Positions 36,060 through 50,513 of a stretch of DNA of 64,000 nt are shown piece after piece. The stretch comes from Raja brachyura. Lineage: Eukaryota. The notes under the pieces are model-generated. The model saw nothing but the letters and a program-made list of their open reading frames with translations. It did not search any database and was not told where the DNA came from. The position numbers and the translations under genes were made by a program. Each line of letters opens with the position of its first letter. Positions within the stretch are counted from its first letter, which is position 1. The stretch is from NCBI GenBank assembly GCA_963514005.1, contig OY740806.1:19778001-19842000 (forward strand), in the 5' to 3' direction.

Positions 36060-39000
36060 CATAGTAATTGTATTTCTATGTATTTTTTCCAGTTTTTATA
36101 AAGATAGAAATTAATAGAGAAAGAGTAAACAAAAAAGAGGAGGAAAAGTTGGGAAAGAATGGAGTGTTCTATAGATTATGCATCGTTGGAGATATATCCG
36201 CGTATTATGAAATGTAATTCTTCATCTATTCTTTGATTCCAGTTTCAGTCGGGTTCTCGTGCCGAACCAGTTTGCTCCTTCAAATATTCAATAAATGGGG
36301 ACCATATTATTTTAAATAGTTTTTGTTTGTCCATTAAGACGAATCTTAATCTTTCCAAATATAGGGTCTCCGACATTTCTGTAGTCCACATTTTTAATTG
36401 TGGGGGTTATAGGACCTTTCCAAAATTTTAATATTAATTTTTTCCCAATTATTAAACTATAATCAATAAAGGTTCTTTAATTTGAAGTAATGAATTGATT
36501 TTGTTCTATTATTCCTAATATTATTAATTTTGAATCGCGGACCAGTTTGGTATTGATGACTTCCGAGATTATCTTAAACATTTCCATCCAAAAATTATTA
36601 ATTTTTATACAGCTTACGAATGTGTGCGTTAGGTTAGCCTCTAAGTGTTAACATTTATCACAAATAGGGGAAACACTTGGAAAAATTCTATTCAATTTGG
36701 TTTTTGAATAATGCAATCTATGTAATACTTTAAATTGTATTAAAGAATGTCTAGCATTTAACAAACAGTGATGTATATGTTGTAAACTTTCATCCCAAAT
36801 TTCTGGGCTTATTGTTTGTCCTAATTCATTTTCCCATGATTGCCTATATGAATCCGTCTTGGGTGCATCGTTATCTAATAGAATATTATAAATATAAGAT
36901 ATCAATTTTTCTGTGTTCGGATGTTTATTCAAACATTCATCAAAATGTTCTATCTTTCTAATTCTATAGTCATGTGCATTTGACTTAGCATAGTCTCTGA
37001 TTTGTAGATATCTAAAGTAATCCTTTGATTGAAGCCCATAGATTTGTTGTAATCCCTGAAATGAGAAAAATGAATTTTTCCTATAGAGATCACCCATCTT
37101 TGTAATTCCATGATTTTTCCATTGTAAAAAACCCTTATCCATCAATGAGGGTTTAAATGCAGCATTGTTTACAATAGGAAGAGATAGTGTTAAATAATCC
37201 AATTTTAATGTTTTCTTTATTTGTTTCCAAATGCGTATTCCATTGTCTATTATAGGGTTTTCTTTATAAGTTTTTTTGCTTAATTTAGTAATAGCAAATA
37301 GAATTGACCCAATTTCAAAAGGTAAACAATCTTCCTTTTCCATTTTTAACCAATCTGGTTGTTTGTCCAATTCTTCCAACCAAAAATTCATATTTTTAAT
37401 ATTGACTGCCCAGAAATAAAACATAAAATTCGGTAATGCTAAGCCTCCATTTATTTTTGATTTACATAAGTGTTTCTTTTTTATTCTGTGGTTCTTATAA
37501 TCCCAGATAAAATTGGTGACTGTAGAGTCAACCATTTTTTTAAATGTTTTGGGGAGATATATCGGGATTAATCGAAAGAGGTACAATAATTGCGGGAGAA
37601 AAATCATTTTTATCGCATTAATTCTACCCAACGTTGAAATAGGTAATGTTTTCCGATACAAAATATTCTTATATAATTTGTTCAGTAAAGGCGGAAAATT
37701 AGATTTAAATAAAGAAGTGTATCTGTTTGTTACATAAATTCCAAGATATTTAAGTTTTTCTTTTACTATTTTAAAAGGGAATTGTAAAATATGTGGGTTA
37801 TTTTCCATTATTGGCATGATTTTGCTTTTATTCCAATAATTCTGTATCCTGAAAACGAACCATATTGAGTTATTAAATTTAGTAAATTTGGGATACTAAC
37901 TTCAGGTTTAGTAATGTAAACTAATACATCATCTGCGTATAATGAGATTTTATTTTCAATATCTTTGGTTTTATACCCGTATATTTCAGGATTGTACCTC
38001 ACGCTTTCTGCTAATGGTTCTATTACAAGTGCAAATAATAATGGGGATAATGGACATTCTTGTCTACAACCTCTGGATAAATTAAATTTAGTTGATAATA
38101 TTTGATTTGTTGATATTCTAGCTGTTGGATTTGTATATAGAAGTTTTATCCATGTACTAAACTTCTCGCCCAGTTGAAAAATGTTCATAACCGAAAATAA
38201 ATAGGGCCATTCCACCTGGTCAAAAGCTTTCTCAGCATCTAACGAAATAATTGCTAGGTCTTTGATAATATTTCTTTTTGAGTATATAATATTGAATAAT
38301 CGTCTCGGGCTATATGAAGAATACCTTTTTGAATCCGGGTGTATTAATTTATTAATCACTATGCTTAATCTTTGTGCTAGGATTTTAGTTAATATTTTCT
38401 CATCAGCATTTAGAAGAGCTATAGCTCTATATGATCCTGGATCATCCAGATCCTTATCTATTTTTGGTATAATAGATTAATTTAGGTTCATAGATTCATT
38501 ACCAGTTTCTGGTAATTTCTGTTGGATATAGATATGTTTGTACAGTGTCTTTAAATGTGGAACAATCAGATCATAGAATGTTTTATAAAATTCCGAGCCA
38601 ATGCCATCTGGTCCCGGGATTTACCTTTTTTTAGTGATCTGATAGACTCTTCAATTTCTTTTACTGTTATTTCAGCATCTAATAATTCTCTCTTTCAAAT
38701 CTAACCCTTTAAGATTGCATTTTTGTAAAAATGCTTCTATTCCTGTCTGGTGATCTATAGTTTTAGCAGAATAAAGATTTTGATAGTATTGTAAAAATTT
38801 CTCGTTAATGTCCTTAGATTGTACTAATGGTTCTCCTTTGTCTGATTTAATCCTATGAATTGTTTTTTCCCCGTCCAGTTTCCGTAATTGACGAGAAAAT
38901 AATTTTTTAGGTTTATCTCTGAATTCAAATTGTAATTGTTTAGTATATTGATAAAATTTAACAACTTGGTCTGAATATATTTTATTTAATTTATATTTCA

Positions 39001-40828
39001 ATACTTCAATTTTATTATGTTTTATCATAGTTGGTGGAGCCGCGTTCTCTATGTCTAATTGTTTAATTTCCCTTTCCAGTGCCTGTTGTATCACCCGATT
39101 CTTTTTATTATAAAATGCTTGGGAAGAAATCACGACTCCCCGAGTAAATGCTTTAAATGTTTCCCATAGTAAGGAGGCAGATGTTTCAGGATTATCGTTT
39201 ATTTCAAAGAACATATTAATCTGTTTGGTAAGATATTTCTGAGATGCTTTCTCCGTTAACATTTGTGGGTTAAGACTCCATTGTACCTGTTTCTCCGTCC
39301 TTCCATTTATTTTAATCATAAATGTTAAAGGGGCATGATCCAAAATTATAATATTATGGTATTTTGAATTATATGTAAATGGAATTAGCTTAGAGTCCAC
39401 TAAAAAATAATAAATTCTTGAATAGGTTTTATGTACCGGTGAATAAAATGAATATTCTCGTCCAGTTGGATTTTCTATTCTCCAAACATCTTTGATATTA
39501 CTAGCATCTATATATGCGTTTAATAAATCACTGGAGTGGGATATTGTTTTCCGTTGTCTTGATGACCTATCTAAATAGAGATCTAATGTACAATTTAAGT
39601 TTCCTCCGATTATTAAATTGTGTTGGGATAATTCCGGAATTGTATTAAATATTTTCTTAAAAAACAAAGGGCTATCAAAATTTGGTCCATAAACATTAAT
39701 AAGTCAATTTTTGTGCATATAGTTCACCTCGTAGTATAATATATCTACCATCACTGTCCGTTATAGTTGACATATGTTTAAAAGGTATCCCTTCACGGAT
39801 TAGTATTGCAACACCTCTGGATTTATGTTTAAATGAAGAATGATACGCTTTATCAATCCATTTAGCTTTCAATCTATGTTCTGCATCCTTTTTTAGGTGG
39901 GTTTCTTGGAGGAAAATTACATCTGTTTTAAGTGCTTTTAAATGTGCTAATACTTTACCTCTCTTAATTGGTTCGTTAATACCCTTAACATTCCAGCTAC
40001 AAAATGTTATTCCTTCACCCTCGGTCTTCATATTTAAGTCTTGCATCTTTTGTTTAGGGAGGTCTATAAGAGAGCAGATGGTTCAGCTCGACAAGCCCCA
40101 CATTACACCCGAACCTCGAATAGATGAATTTTAAATCCCATTGATCTTTCTTACGTACATATCTCCTTTGATAAAGCTCATAACTCCATTCTAACTTAAA
40201 ATTATAATAAAGTATTATATTAAAAAAAGAATAGATTAAGAGGTTAGTAATGTGCAAAAAGAAAGAAAAAACTACATCTATAAATAGTGTAGTTAGTGAT
40301 AGCCATACTAGCATGGCTAACCATCTACCGACTTCCATAGTCGATGTAAAAAAACACATGACTAGCTCCATACTCTCTTTAAAATGACATTTTCATAGCG
40401 ATATTTTACCGGGGGGGGGGGGTGGTAAACATTATAGGTTCCAAAATATTCAAATTCCATTAGTCAAATATATATTTTAAAAAATTCTTTTTTTAAAATT
40501 CCCCCAAAAAAAGGAATGAAAGAGAAGAAAAGTGAAATCAAACTTTAAATCCAACCGTTTAGCTAATTCTAAATAATTCAATTGTAAGTAATTAGTGACC
40601 ATTAGTAATAATTATTAATAGTACCGCGCAGTAATGTTAATATTTATTAATTATTATGTTAATAATATAATAATAGCCATAGATGTAACACGTCCGTGGA
40701 AAAGGCCTTATTCAGCATCCATCTCCAGTTTCAATTGTCCTTAGGTATAACCGGGCCTTAGAACCATCCGACCTTACACAGTTACATTGTTCGTTGACAT
40801 CATTTATTTTGAAGATAATGTTCAGTCA

Positions 40829-41626
40829 TCAGGCAGGCTTGATCTTCTGGGCGAACTCCAGTGCTTCCGCCGGGTTGGTGAAGATGCGTTCTTTATCCTC
40901 GTAAGTAACTCTTAATGTAGCCGGGTACATCAGACCATACTTCAATCCTTTCACCTCCTTCAGTATATTCTTTGCCTCTTTAAACTGTGTTCTCTTCCTG
41001 GAGACCTCCACAGGGGAATCTCGGTAGATACTGATCTTATCTCCCTCATACATAAGATTCCTGGTATGGACAATTTTCTTCATCATCTCCTCCAGTACAT
41101 GGTCATATTGTACCTTTACTATCATTTGTCTTGCAGCGGCACCCGGCCATGGACGATGTCTCATCACCCTGTGTGCTCGGGCTAGCAGAGGCTTTTGATC
41201 CAAGTTTAAAACTTTTTGAAATAAGTCTGCTGCGAATTCACGGGGGTCTCGGTTCCCCTCTCTCCCTTCTTGAATACCCACAATTCTTAAGTTCTGACGC
41301 CTCTGACGTCCTTCCAGTTCAGTGCATTTTTCAGTTATTTTGCTCAGTAGGTCTGATAAGCGTTTGTTTTCTCTGATAAGCTGTTTTGTTGTTTCCGCGC
41401 TTGTTGAAGCAATCTCCTCCAGATTTGTTATGGCTGGAGCATGTTGATTCAATGCTTCCTCAGCAGGCTCCAATCTTGCATTCAAGTTAGTCTCCACCAA
41501 GTTGATTTTAACCTCCGTCTCCGCATCCATCTCTGTAATTTGCTGGCTCAGCCTTGCTTCTGTTTCCGTCCTCCATTTTTCCGCAAATTCAAGGACTGTG
41601 GAGTTAATTTCTTCCTTCATCTCCAA
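40829..41626 (-). CDS. L1 ORF1p (5'-truncated)
   Basis: Coiled coil, RRQNLRIVGI, ARAHR and YPATLRV motifs. Confidence 0.85.
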   Translation of the reverse strand: MEMKEEINSTVLEFAEKWRTETEARLSQQITEMDAETEVKINLVETNLNARLEPAEEALNQHAPAITNLEEIASTSAETTKQLIRENKRLSDLLSKITEKCTELEGRQRRQNLRIVGIQEGREGNRDPREFAADLFQKVLNLDQKPLLARAHRVMRHRPWPGAAARQMIVKVQYDHVLEEMMKKIVHTRNLMYEGDKISIYRDSPVEVSRKRTQFKEAKNILKEVKGLKYGLMYPATLRVTYEDKERIFTNPAEALEFAQKIKPA

Positions 41627-43224
41627 CTTTAACTCCTTAAACTCTTCCTTGAAATGTTGAAGTTCTTCCTATGATATAGTCCTCATTTTGTTATGTATTC
41701 TTTACAAAGATTGTAAGTTATAACTAGAAATGATTTCACGAGTGAGATACATGATGGATGCATTGAAGTAAATCACGACAGAACGTGCTAATGGGACGAT
41801 CCTCGAGGAAATGAGAGCAATCTAAAAGAGGCGCAAAATGTTTCAAGTGCATTTTGTTTATTGAAAAGAAAGGCAAAAGGGTTGAATTCTCAGGAACATG
41901 TGTTGGATAGTCAGTGGAATGATTTTTGTGGGTGGGGGTGAGGGGTGGAATAAATGATGCATTGAAAATAACCACTGCAGTTTTTCCATTTTATACTCTG
42001 TGATGGTTTCCTTGAAGGCAGTCAAAGTTCTCAACTTTCTCAGAAAATAATTACAGATCTCCCCCGCAATGAGTATGTTATTCCCTTGTCATATCCCTTG
42101 GTAGGAAGGGTTTGAAATGTCTCTTCTGCTCAAATTATGATTACATTATCAATAATTTTCTTGAAAGAATATGGTTTTGAATTTGACACACAGACAATTG
42201 TAGGAAATCTCACAAGTTCTGTATCCCTGTTCATCTGAATGATCATCTGTGCAGTTTCAATTTTGTCATTGAATTGAATGACTGGTGACATATTTTGACA
42301 TCTTGTCAACAAGTCTGAACTTCCAGCACTCCAACAAATGAAGAAATGTGCTTTATTTATACCAAACAATTATAACACGCAGAGCAACATTTCTTACAGT
42401 GCGTTCTCCGAAGAGGTAAACTCTCCTGTAAGCTGTACACTAAAACAATACATATGCAGAGTTAGTCATATGCGTTAATTTCAAAAAAGGTACAGACTGA
42501 ATATTACATGTTACAGGTGATTTGATGTGGATGTTGGTAAGTTCAACTGAAGTCTAACATTGTTTTCAGTGAGCTTAATGGTTTCTAAAACAATGCACAT
42601 TTATTATAAGTTAGAAAAAATGCTGGAGAAACTCAGCGGGTGAGGCAACATCTATGGAGCGAAGGAAATAGGCAATGTTTCGGGTCGAGACCTTTCAGAA
42701 TTGTCCTCACCCAAAATGTTGCCTGTACACGATCTCCAGTGATGATGCCTGACCTGTTTGGGTGCTCCAGCACTTTGTGTATTTTTTTTTAACAAGTGGA
42801 TTTAATTTTCTTTGCGAAATGTAACTTTTCCATTCACCCCAATCTTTTGGTCCCCTACAAATAAATAATTTTCTCATGAGCTTGTGCTCTCAGCTGAAAG
42901 GTAATAAACAGATGGCTTATTCTTCATGGATAGCTTTAGTTATTTTTTTTAACTTTATATCAAGAGCCAATAAAGTCCCAATAGATGATGGATCTAAATG
43001 AGCTGATATGTGTTCGAAGTTATTACCACAGATTGGCTAAAACGTACTTGCAACAGACGTTTAGACTTTGATATCTGAAATTGACATTTGGTATACTTGT
43101 TTGACCATTTTCCTGATCTCTCCCACCCCCTGTTCCTTCTCACTAAGATGGTTCCATAAGGTCTATCTTGCATTGGCTGGAAGTGTCTACAAAGGCTAAC
43201 AAGCTTCCTTTGCATTCAAAGGAA

Positions 43225-43570
43225 ATAGGCAACGTTTCTGGTCGAGACCCTTCCGAAATGTTGCCTATTTCCTTCCCTCCATAGATGCTGCTGCACCCGC
43301 TGAGTTTCTCCAATTGCCGAGAAGGAGTTGGGGTGCTAGAGAGCAAAGACTGTTTGATGTAACCAACAAAAGGGCAGGCATTGGAGGAGCCCATGTGAGT
43401 GCCCATGGCAACAAATTTAACTTGAAGAAAGTGCAAGAAGTCAAAAAAGAAGTAATTGAGAGTGAAAAGATGAGACGAATGTTAGTGGAGGGAAACTGAA
43501 TTAGGCTCTGTTCAAGGAAAAGATGGAGGGCCATGAGACCTGGTGGGGGATGGAAGTGTAAAGAGAAATC
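43225..43570 (-). mobile_element. Penelope RT fragment with pLTR piece
   Basis: HFLQVKFVAMGTHMGSSNACPFVGYI is homologous to the 29 kb element. Confidence 0.75.
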
Positions 43571-44402
43571 CTCTTGTTCCTCAAGAAATACAGACTTTTT
43601 TCAGGGATACACCAGGAAATTGGGTTTCTGCAAGTGAGCTGAGCAGAAAGATCTAACTGCCCTCTGTAAAACTATATTGTGCTCAGAATTCAGAGGTAAT
43701 TATGTTGTCTTTTTGGCTATTAACATTTTCCAGAGAGTCACTTTTGGCCAATCTGCCTTGGTTCCTGTGTTGCTTTGAGTTCCTAATGAGAAAGAAAAAT
43801 AGCAAAGTTGTGAGGAATAAGTTCCCAAATTAATCTGTGATGCTCAATTAAGAACCACACAGGAATATAAATCCAGAGTGATTATTCTCAGCTTCTTCCT
43901 CAAACACACAACCAACTGTCACTCCACCCAATCCATTTACTTTTTTACTAAAATGCCTTAGTTATTTTACCAATTTGAACATCAGTACAAGCAAATTCTA
44001 CTCTGAGTTTAATGAATTTTCAACTATAAAGAATGACAAAGACATGCCCGTATTTTATGATTTATCTTCTGAAACGTCTTTCAAGTGATCCCTCAGGATC
44101 AATTTTGGACACCCTCTTATCCACACTTTGAAGATATCCAGTTAACCTTCCAAGAGGTAGAGATGACACAAATCTCTAACTGCCTCCATTTTATCATTCT
44201 ATTTATCTTCTATGCACCTCTGGCCAAGTTACTCCCAGTTTACCTCCAGTTTTCTCAGCGTGACCCGGATGTGTATATAAATGAAACATCGGAAGTTAAA
44301 TGCAATTACAAAATGATTTAATTGCAAGGGAATCTGAGTACAAAGATAGACACATTTGGTTCCAATTGCATACGAGTCAGATGGGACTGCATCTGAAATA
44401 TT

Positions 44403-44962
44403 ATAGAAACATAAAAACATAGAAAATAGGTGCAGGAGTAGGCCATTCAGCCCTTCGAGCCTGCACCACCATTCAATATGACCATGGCCGATCATCCAAC
44501 TCGGTATCCTGTACCTGCCTTCTCTCCATACCCCCTGATCCCTTTAGCCACAAGGGTCCTCTTAAATATAGCCAATGAACTGGCCTCAACTACCTTCTGT
44601 GGCAGATAATTCCAGAGACTCACCACTCTCTGTGTGAAAAATGTTTTCCTCATCTCGGTCCTAAAGGAATTCCCCCTTATCCTTAGACTGTGACCCCTTG
44701 TTCTGGACCTCCCCAACATCGGGAGCAATCTTCCTGCATCTAGCCTGTCCAACCCCTTAAGAATGTTGTAAGTCTCTATGAGATCTCCCCTCAATCTTCT
44801 AAATTCCAGCGAGTACAAGCCAAGTCTATCCAGTCTTTCTTCATATGGAAGTTCTGCCATTCCAGGAATCAGTCTGGTGAACCTTCTCTGTACTCCCTCT
44901 ATGTCAAGAATGTCTTTCCTCAGATTAGGAGACCAAAACTACGCAATACTCCAGGTGTGGCC
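44403..44962 (-). mobile_element. CR1/HER-type LINE 3' fragment
   Basis: YEERLDRLGLYSLEFRRLRGDLIE...RTRGHSL; (TTTCTATG)n-like tail. Confidence 0.9.
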
Positions 44963-45187
44963 TGGATGTTGAAGGTGATTCACATTCAATCTGCACATCA
45001 CACAAGAACACATGCAGGCCATTGGTCCCTTGCACATGTTCAACTCTTCAATAAGATAGTTGACTTGATCTTTTATCTCAATGCAACTTTCCTGCATATC
45101 CCATATTATCCAGAAAATCTCCCCATCTCTCTCTCAACTGACTAAGCCTCCACCCAGGTAAGAATTCCAAAGACCTCTTTCCTCAAG

Positions 45188-45404
45188 GTGAATTCTCTGC
45201 CACAGAAGGTAGTTGAGGCCAATTCGTTGGCTATATTTAAGAGAGCGTTAGATGTGGCCCTTGTGCCTAATGGGATCAGGGGGTACGGAGAGAAGGCAGG
45301 TACAGGATACTCAGTTGGATGATCAGCCATGATCATATTGAATGGCTGTGCAGGCTCGAAGGGCCGAATGGCCTACTTCTGCACCTAATTTCTATGTTTC
45401 TATG
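45188..45404 (+). mobile_element. CR1/HER-type LINE 3' end
   Basis: Same 3' UTR and TTTCTATG tail as the 44.4 and 61.4 kb copies. Confidence 0.85.
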
Positions 45405-47229
45405 AGTGTTTGCAACTTTTGGTACATTTTCTGTCCATCATCAAGACCGTAAGAAAATTACTCGCTATCTGCACCTGCCGCTGCTGACATTAGCCTGTGA
45501 TCTGACAAATCTTTCATCTGAGTCTTTTTTCCTTTCAGATGGGGCTGTTGCAATGCTCTCTGTCCAGCCCATGGGCTTCTCTCACCTGTGGTTCAGCCAC
45601 ACCATGGTGTTAAGCATTTGGTCTTACTCTAAACCTTATTCCCTGTATTGTGTATCTATACACTGTGGATGGCGTGATAGTAATCATGTATTGTCTTTCT
45701 GCTCATTAGTTAGCTTTTCACTGTACCCTGAGTCTGAGCTTCAAAATTCCACAAATCCACACTGCAGATTATCTCCTTGCTGTTATAAACTTGCTTACTA
45801 CTTAATGCATATTATTGGAGAAAAAATGTTCATCCATCATTTATATAAAAAGGATAAAAGGCTATTTTAAGGCTTACCTCCATTTGCACAAGTAGTTCCG
45901 ATCTATACAATAAAAAGAAGGACATATTATTAGGGAAATCCACCCATACATGTCATTTTTTTCATCTGGAATCTGATTTTCATAATATAGAAAATGTGTT
46001 TTTATTCAATGGTTTGACTTCAGCCCAACCTATCAATGCTGACCGAGATGTCCCATCACGGTAGTCCCAATTGCCTGGCCGAGATTCCTCTAAACGTTTC
46101 CAACCTATGTACCTGTTGAAATGTTTTTGAAGTGTTGCTATAAAATGTGTTTGGACAAGTACATGTGTGGTGCTTTTTGTTTACATTGATGCAATAACCC
46201 CCCAGAATCCTTCACCTCCACAATCCTGCTGACTGCTACTATTTGTATAACCTTGCTGATTTTTCCAAATTTTCAACAGGGAAATTCTATTTAAGAATCC
46301 TTCCTCTTAGCGATTTTTCAATGTCAAAAAGGAAAATATTAACTAATGGTGAGAAAGTTAGGCATGATTTCACATGGGATATTTTGTAGGTCTTTGTGAC
46401 TGAAGTGGCCTGTTTAGAACTGGACATAACTTTACAACAGACATCGATATTAACTATTGTGAGCACCGTGACTACACTGTAAGATTCCTATGTTACCTTG
46501 CCCTTCGAAATCATTACTTGTCAATTTTTATCCACTTTTTTTTTCAAAAAAAAAAAAAAAAAAAAAATTATCCACTATTAAATTCCTTATTCCCATGCAA
46601 GATCAGCTTGTTGATAATATTTCAATTTCCTTTTTTCTAGTTCAAAACTCTGCATTTCAAAAATCAACCCATTATCTGCAACTTTCTGGATGATTAATAT
46701 TTAAGTTTACCATCAACCTTTCAAATGATCACTTAATTTGACTCGACTATTCCACACCGAGTAGAATGCTCATCCATCATTTCTGTAGGGCCATCTCTCT
46801 GATTATTGCATGTTGCCGCACTCTATTCAACTGTAATAATGGAGCTGACCATCGTAGGAATAATTTATTCCATAGGTATCGTACCTTGAATTATCTTGTC
46901 ATTCAAATTATTTTACTTAAATAAATAATCACATCAAGTGGGGAATGTTTAGGAAAGAACTGCAGATACTGGTTCAAATCAAAGGTCGACACAAATTGCT
47001 GGTGTAACTCAGCGGGACAGGCAGCATCTCTGGAGGCACAAAATGCTGATGGACAGTCTGAAGAAGAGCCTCAACCCGAAACGTCACCCATTTCTTCTCT
47101 CCAGAGATGCTGCCTGGCCGAGTTACTCCAACATTTTGTGTCTACCTAAGTGGTGAATGTTAATAGCTATTAAAACCTCTGCTTCACATTTGTTTGTTTA
47201 CCAGTTAATTTGTCTTTCCTGCAGCAGAG

Positions 47230-47518
47230 CTGTAAGAAAATCACAGTCGTCACGAAGATTGGCACCGTTACAAATCGGACAGGGAACTGACCTGTAAGAC
47301 AACAAAAAATTGGGTTTCATATGGGACTGTCCCACTTTTGCGATTTTTTGGACGACTGCCGGCACCCGTCATAGTCGCAACAGATCACTGAAAATGTTCA
47401 ACATGTTGAAAGTCCAGCGGCGACCAGAAAAAGATATGACTCTTCGAGCAACTACTCACGACCATACAGGCATGTGGTGCAGCAGTCGCCGAAAAAATTG
47501 TGTAAGTGGGACAGGCCT
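47230..47518. mobile_element. Probable Harbinger-type MITE fragment
   Basis: Ends in AGTGGGACAGGCC; a related end GGGGCTGTCCGACT occurs at ~63960. Confidence 0.45.
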
Positions 47519-49834
47519 ATTATGGTTTGCCTCAGTATAAAAGAACGCTTGCAAATATCAGTTAAATTGCCTTCCTTGTGTATTGATTCAGTGCAGTATT
47601 AATATCATGAATTGCAAATTCATTTCTCATTAATGCTGCTGTAGATTCTCCATGCCATTATTTGTAAAATAGGATTGTATCAGCCCATCTAGGTTTAGAT
47701 TTCTTATTGCCATGTTTACCGAGATACAGTGAAAAGCTCTGTTTTGGATGACATCAAAACAGATCAGATATGCTGCACATAAATACAATCACATCAAACT
47801 CAAGTACAATAAATAAAGCAAAGGAGAAGATGCACAGTGCAGAATATAGTTCTCAACATCAGTTTCATAGACAAAGTCCATGATAGAAAGTTTGCAGATT
47901 ATATCAAGATTGCTGGGGTCATGGACTGTGAAGAAGGATGCCAAAGTTTACTTTATGTTGGCTGTTTTTCTGAGGCAGAGTGGAGTGTAGATGGAATCAA
48001 TAGTGGGAAGTCTGGTCTGTATGATGGTCTGGGCTACATCTACTATTCTCCGCAATTTATGGCGGTCTTGGGCAGAACTGCTCCCATACCAAGCTGTGTT
48101 GCAACCCAACAGTGGTTATTTTGTGGAAGTTTGTAAGAGTCATTGAATAATATATTATAAGTAATTGAATTAATAATATTAAAGGCAAGAAAATTGAAGA
48201 TCTCAACCATTTCCACTTCATTGATGGTGATTTGGGCATGTTTTGCACCACACTTTCAGACGTTGATAACAAGTTCACTCATCTTGCGAACATTGATGAA
48301 GAGGTTATTGTCAATATGTATAGACATCTGTCCATATTGTCCTAACACCATTTTACTAAGTGCTCTATCTCCTTCCTTTCTTGTGATTGTTCATGATCCA
48401 GCCCACCACACTGGTGTCATCTACAAATTTGTGGATGGACTTTGAACCAAATTTGTCTGTACAGTCGTTAGTGTATTAGGAGTACATAAGGGACTGGGAA
48501 GCATCCTTGCAGGGCACTGATATTGACAATTATTGTGGAGGAGGTGTTGGCAGATTGTAGTCTAGGCATCAGAAAATCAAGACATTGAGGAATTTTTGTG
48601 CTGTAAATAATTGTGGAAATCGGGGTAGCCATGAGAGACATTTATCCTACTTCAGAATTCAAAAAGTGAGGAGAAATGATGCTAGAGAGAAGCGACAGCT
48701 GAAGGGACAATAACAGCTAAAGTGGTTGGCGAACATTGGCCGTGCAGATATCAAGATTGAAAATATTGGGAATTGCGATTTTTTTAAAAAATGATAAATT
48801 TAGCTTCAGAAGCGTTTTTTTTTGCAAAACACGCATTTGAGAACCATGGGCGATGTTAAAATTTTACAGCCAGATTTATCACTTATTAAACTTTTTAGAT
48901 ACCAAAGGAATCAACAAAAAACACAAATAATGGATTACTGTTGATGAAATGCAGTGAGCAAACGCGATAATTCCCAATATTTTTAATTATTTGGAATATT
49001 GAATGGAGATGAGGTATAAAGTATTCATTAGATAACTGATTATAAAAGTAACCTAAACAAGTATTGAACTATAAGGCAATCTGAATATTTGAGAGAGTTG
49101 CATTTTAACAATTGTAAAACAAACAAATATTTGGCACAAATGGAGTAGATTCTAACAGTGAAAGAAACACAAAATTAAAATCAGTGATGGTGTTCATACA
49201 TAACCAATTTGTTACATTAAAACTGCAGATGCTGGAAATCTGAATTGAAATGGAAAATATTGCAGACTATCAGTTGATCAGGCAGATTTTGTGAAAAAAG
49301 AAACATTCACTGTTTCTCTTACCATAGATGTACGCTGTTCTGCTGAGTGTTTCTCCCTTTCTCTGCCTTTACTTTATGATATTTTACTTTGGCTGCATAA
49401 CTCCATATCCACGAGCAGTAGCTCTACTCAACAACCAAACGTCTGTAGCCTCCTTTTGCTCTGGTATTTTATTTCATTCTTCACATGTTTAAATTATAAT
49501 GTTTTATTTTTAATTGTCTACGATATATTGTGTTGTTACTTGCGAGCAAAGCACCAAGGCAAATTTCTTGTATGTGTACATACTTGGCTAATACAATTTA
49601 TTTATTTCAATCACAGACTACATTTAACAAAAATATCACAAAAATATAACAGTGCTCAATTACTTCTCATTGTTCCTGGTTGAAACACATTACATTTAAT
49701 TAGCCTGGTTTCCCATGCGGTGTGATTCTTATACGTGTTATATCACTGTTTCTGAATGTGGTATGATATGCAAATAAAATTAATACGCACATATTATAGA
49801 AACTAATTTTTACAGAATTATATAATTACTTTTG

Positions 49835-50100
49835 CATAAATCTGTACATGTGTTCCATTGCCCTTTTTACATGATGGAGTGAACACACCTGGTATCTTCA
49901 CCTTAGGTGTAATTATAAACTGAGTGACAAACAGAACATCTTGTTCAGTGATACCGTACAGCATTTGAGGGGGTGAGGATGCAGAGTGATTTGTTAATTT
50001 GGTAAGTAGCATCAGGGCACTCCCGGTGATGCCTGATACCAGGAAACACGGAGCCAGGCATCCACACTTTCATTATGTAAATGCACAACTTATCACAAAC
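49835..50100 (-). pseudogene. Decayed VJ exon (gene B; counterpart of 15738-16000)
   Basis: VKIPGVFTPSCKKGNGTHVQIY; donor destroyed; frameshifts. Confidence 0.85.
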
Positions 50101-50513
50101 TAATTGGGTAAAAAGCAAAGCTCAATACTCAGCCCGGATGTGCTTCTTTGAAACAAGGAACTGCAGACCCTGTTTAACAATAGATGCAGCGAGGTGGAGT
50201 AATTAACAGGTCAGGTAGCATCTCAGGAAAACATGGTCTGAAAAAGGGTCCCGATTGCAAATGTCCATGTTTTCCAGAGATGCTGCCTGACCCGCTGAGT
50301 TACTCCAGCACTCTGTGTGTACTGAAGTACCTCTTATTCATTTTGACTGAAACAAAATTTGTTTCTTCATCTGATTTCTAATTGGTTGTACTTTATATTT
50401 ATAATAACATATCTGTAAATGTCTTGGTGCAAATCGCACGGCGTTTAACATTATCAATTTAATAGTCATATAGTGCAGAAACTGGAGTCCCCATACTTTG
50501 GCAAATACTTTAC

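Larger units (their letters stand above)
34874..41670 (-). mobile_element. L1-clade LINE (ORF1 plus APE-RT ORF2), degenerate and 5'-truncated
   Basis: Poly-A tail (T-run 34874-34886); ORF1 LEGRQRRQNLRIVGI; APE SWNVKG/LQETH; RT DAEKAFD, LSPLLF, YADD; C-terminal CDKC. Confidence 0.95.

Noticed and set aside
44085-44321. Plus-strand ORF ending in V-like QRDPDVYINETSEVKCNY
   Set aside because: Stops immediately after the Cys, has no Trp or second Cys, and is on the opposite strand to the cluster
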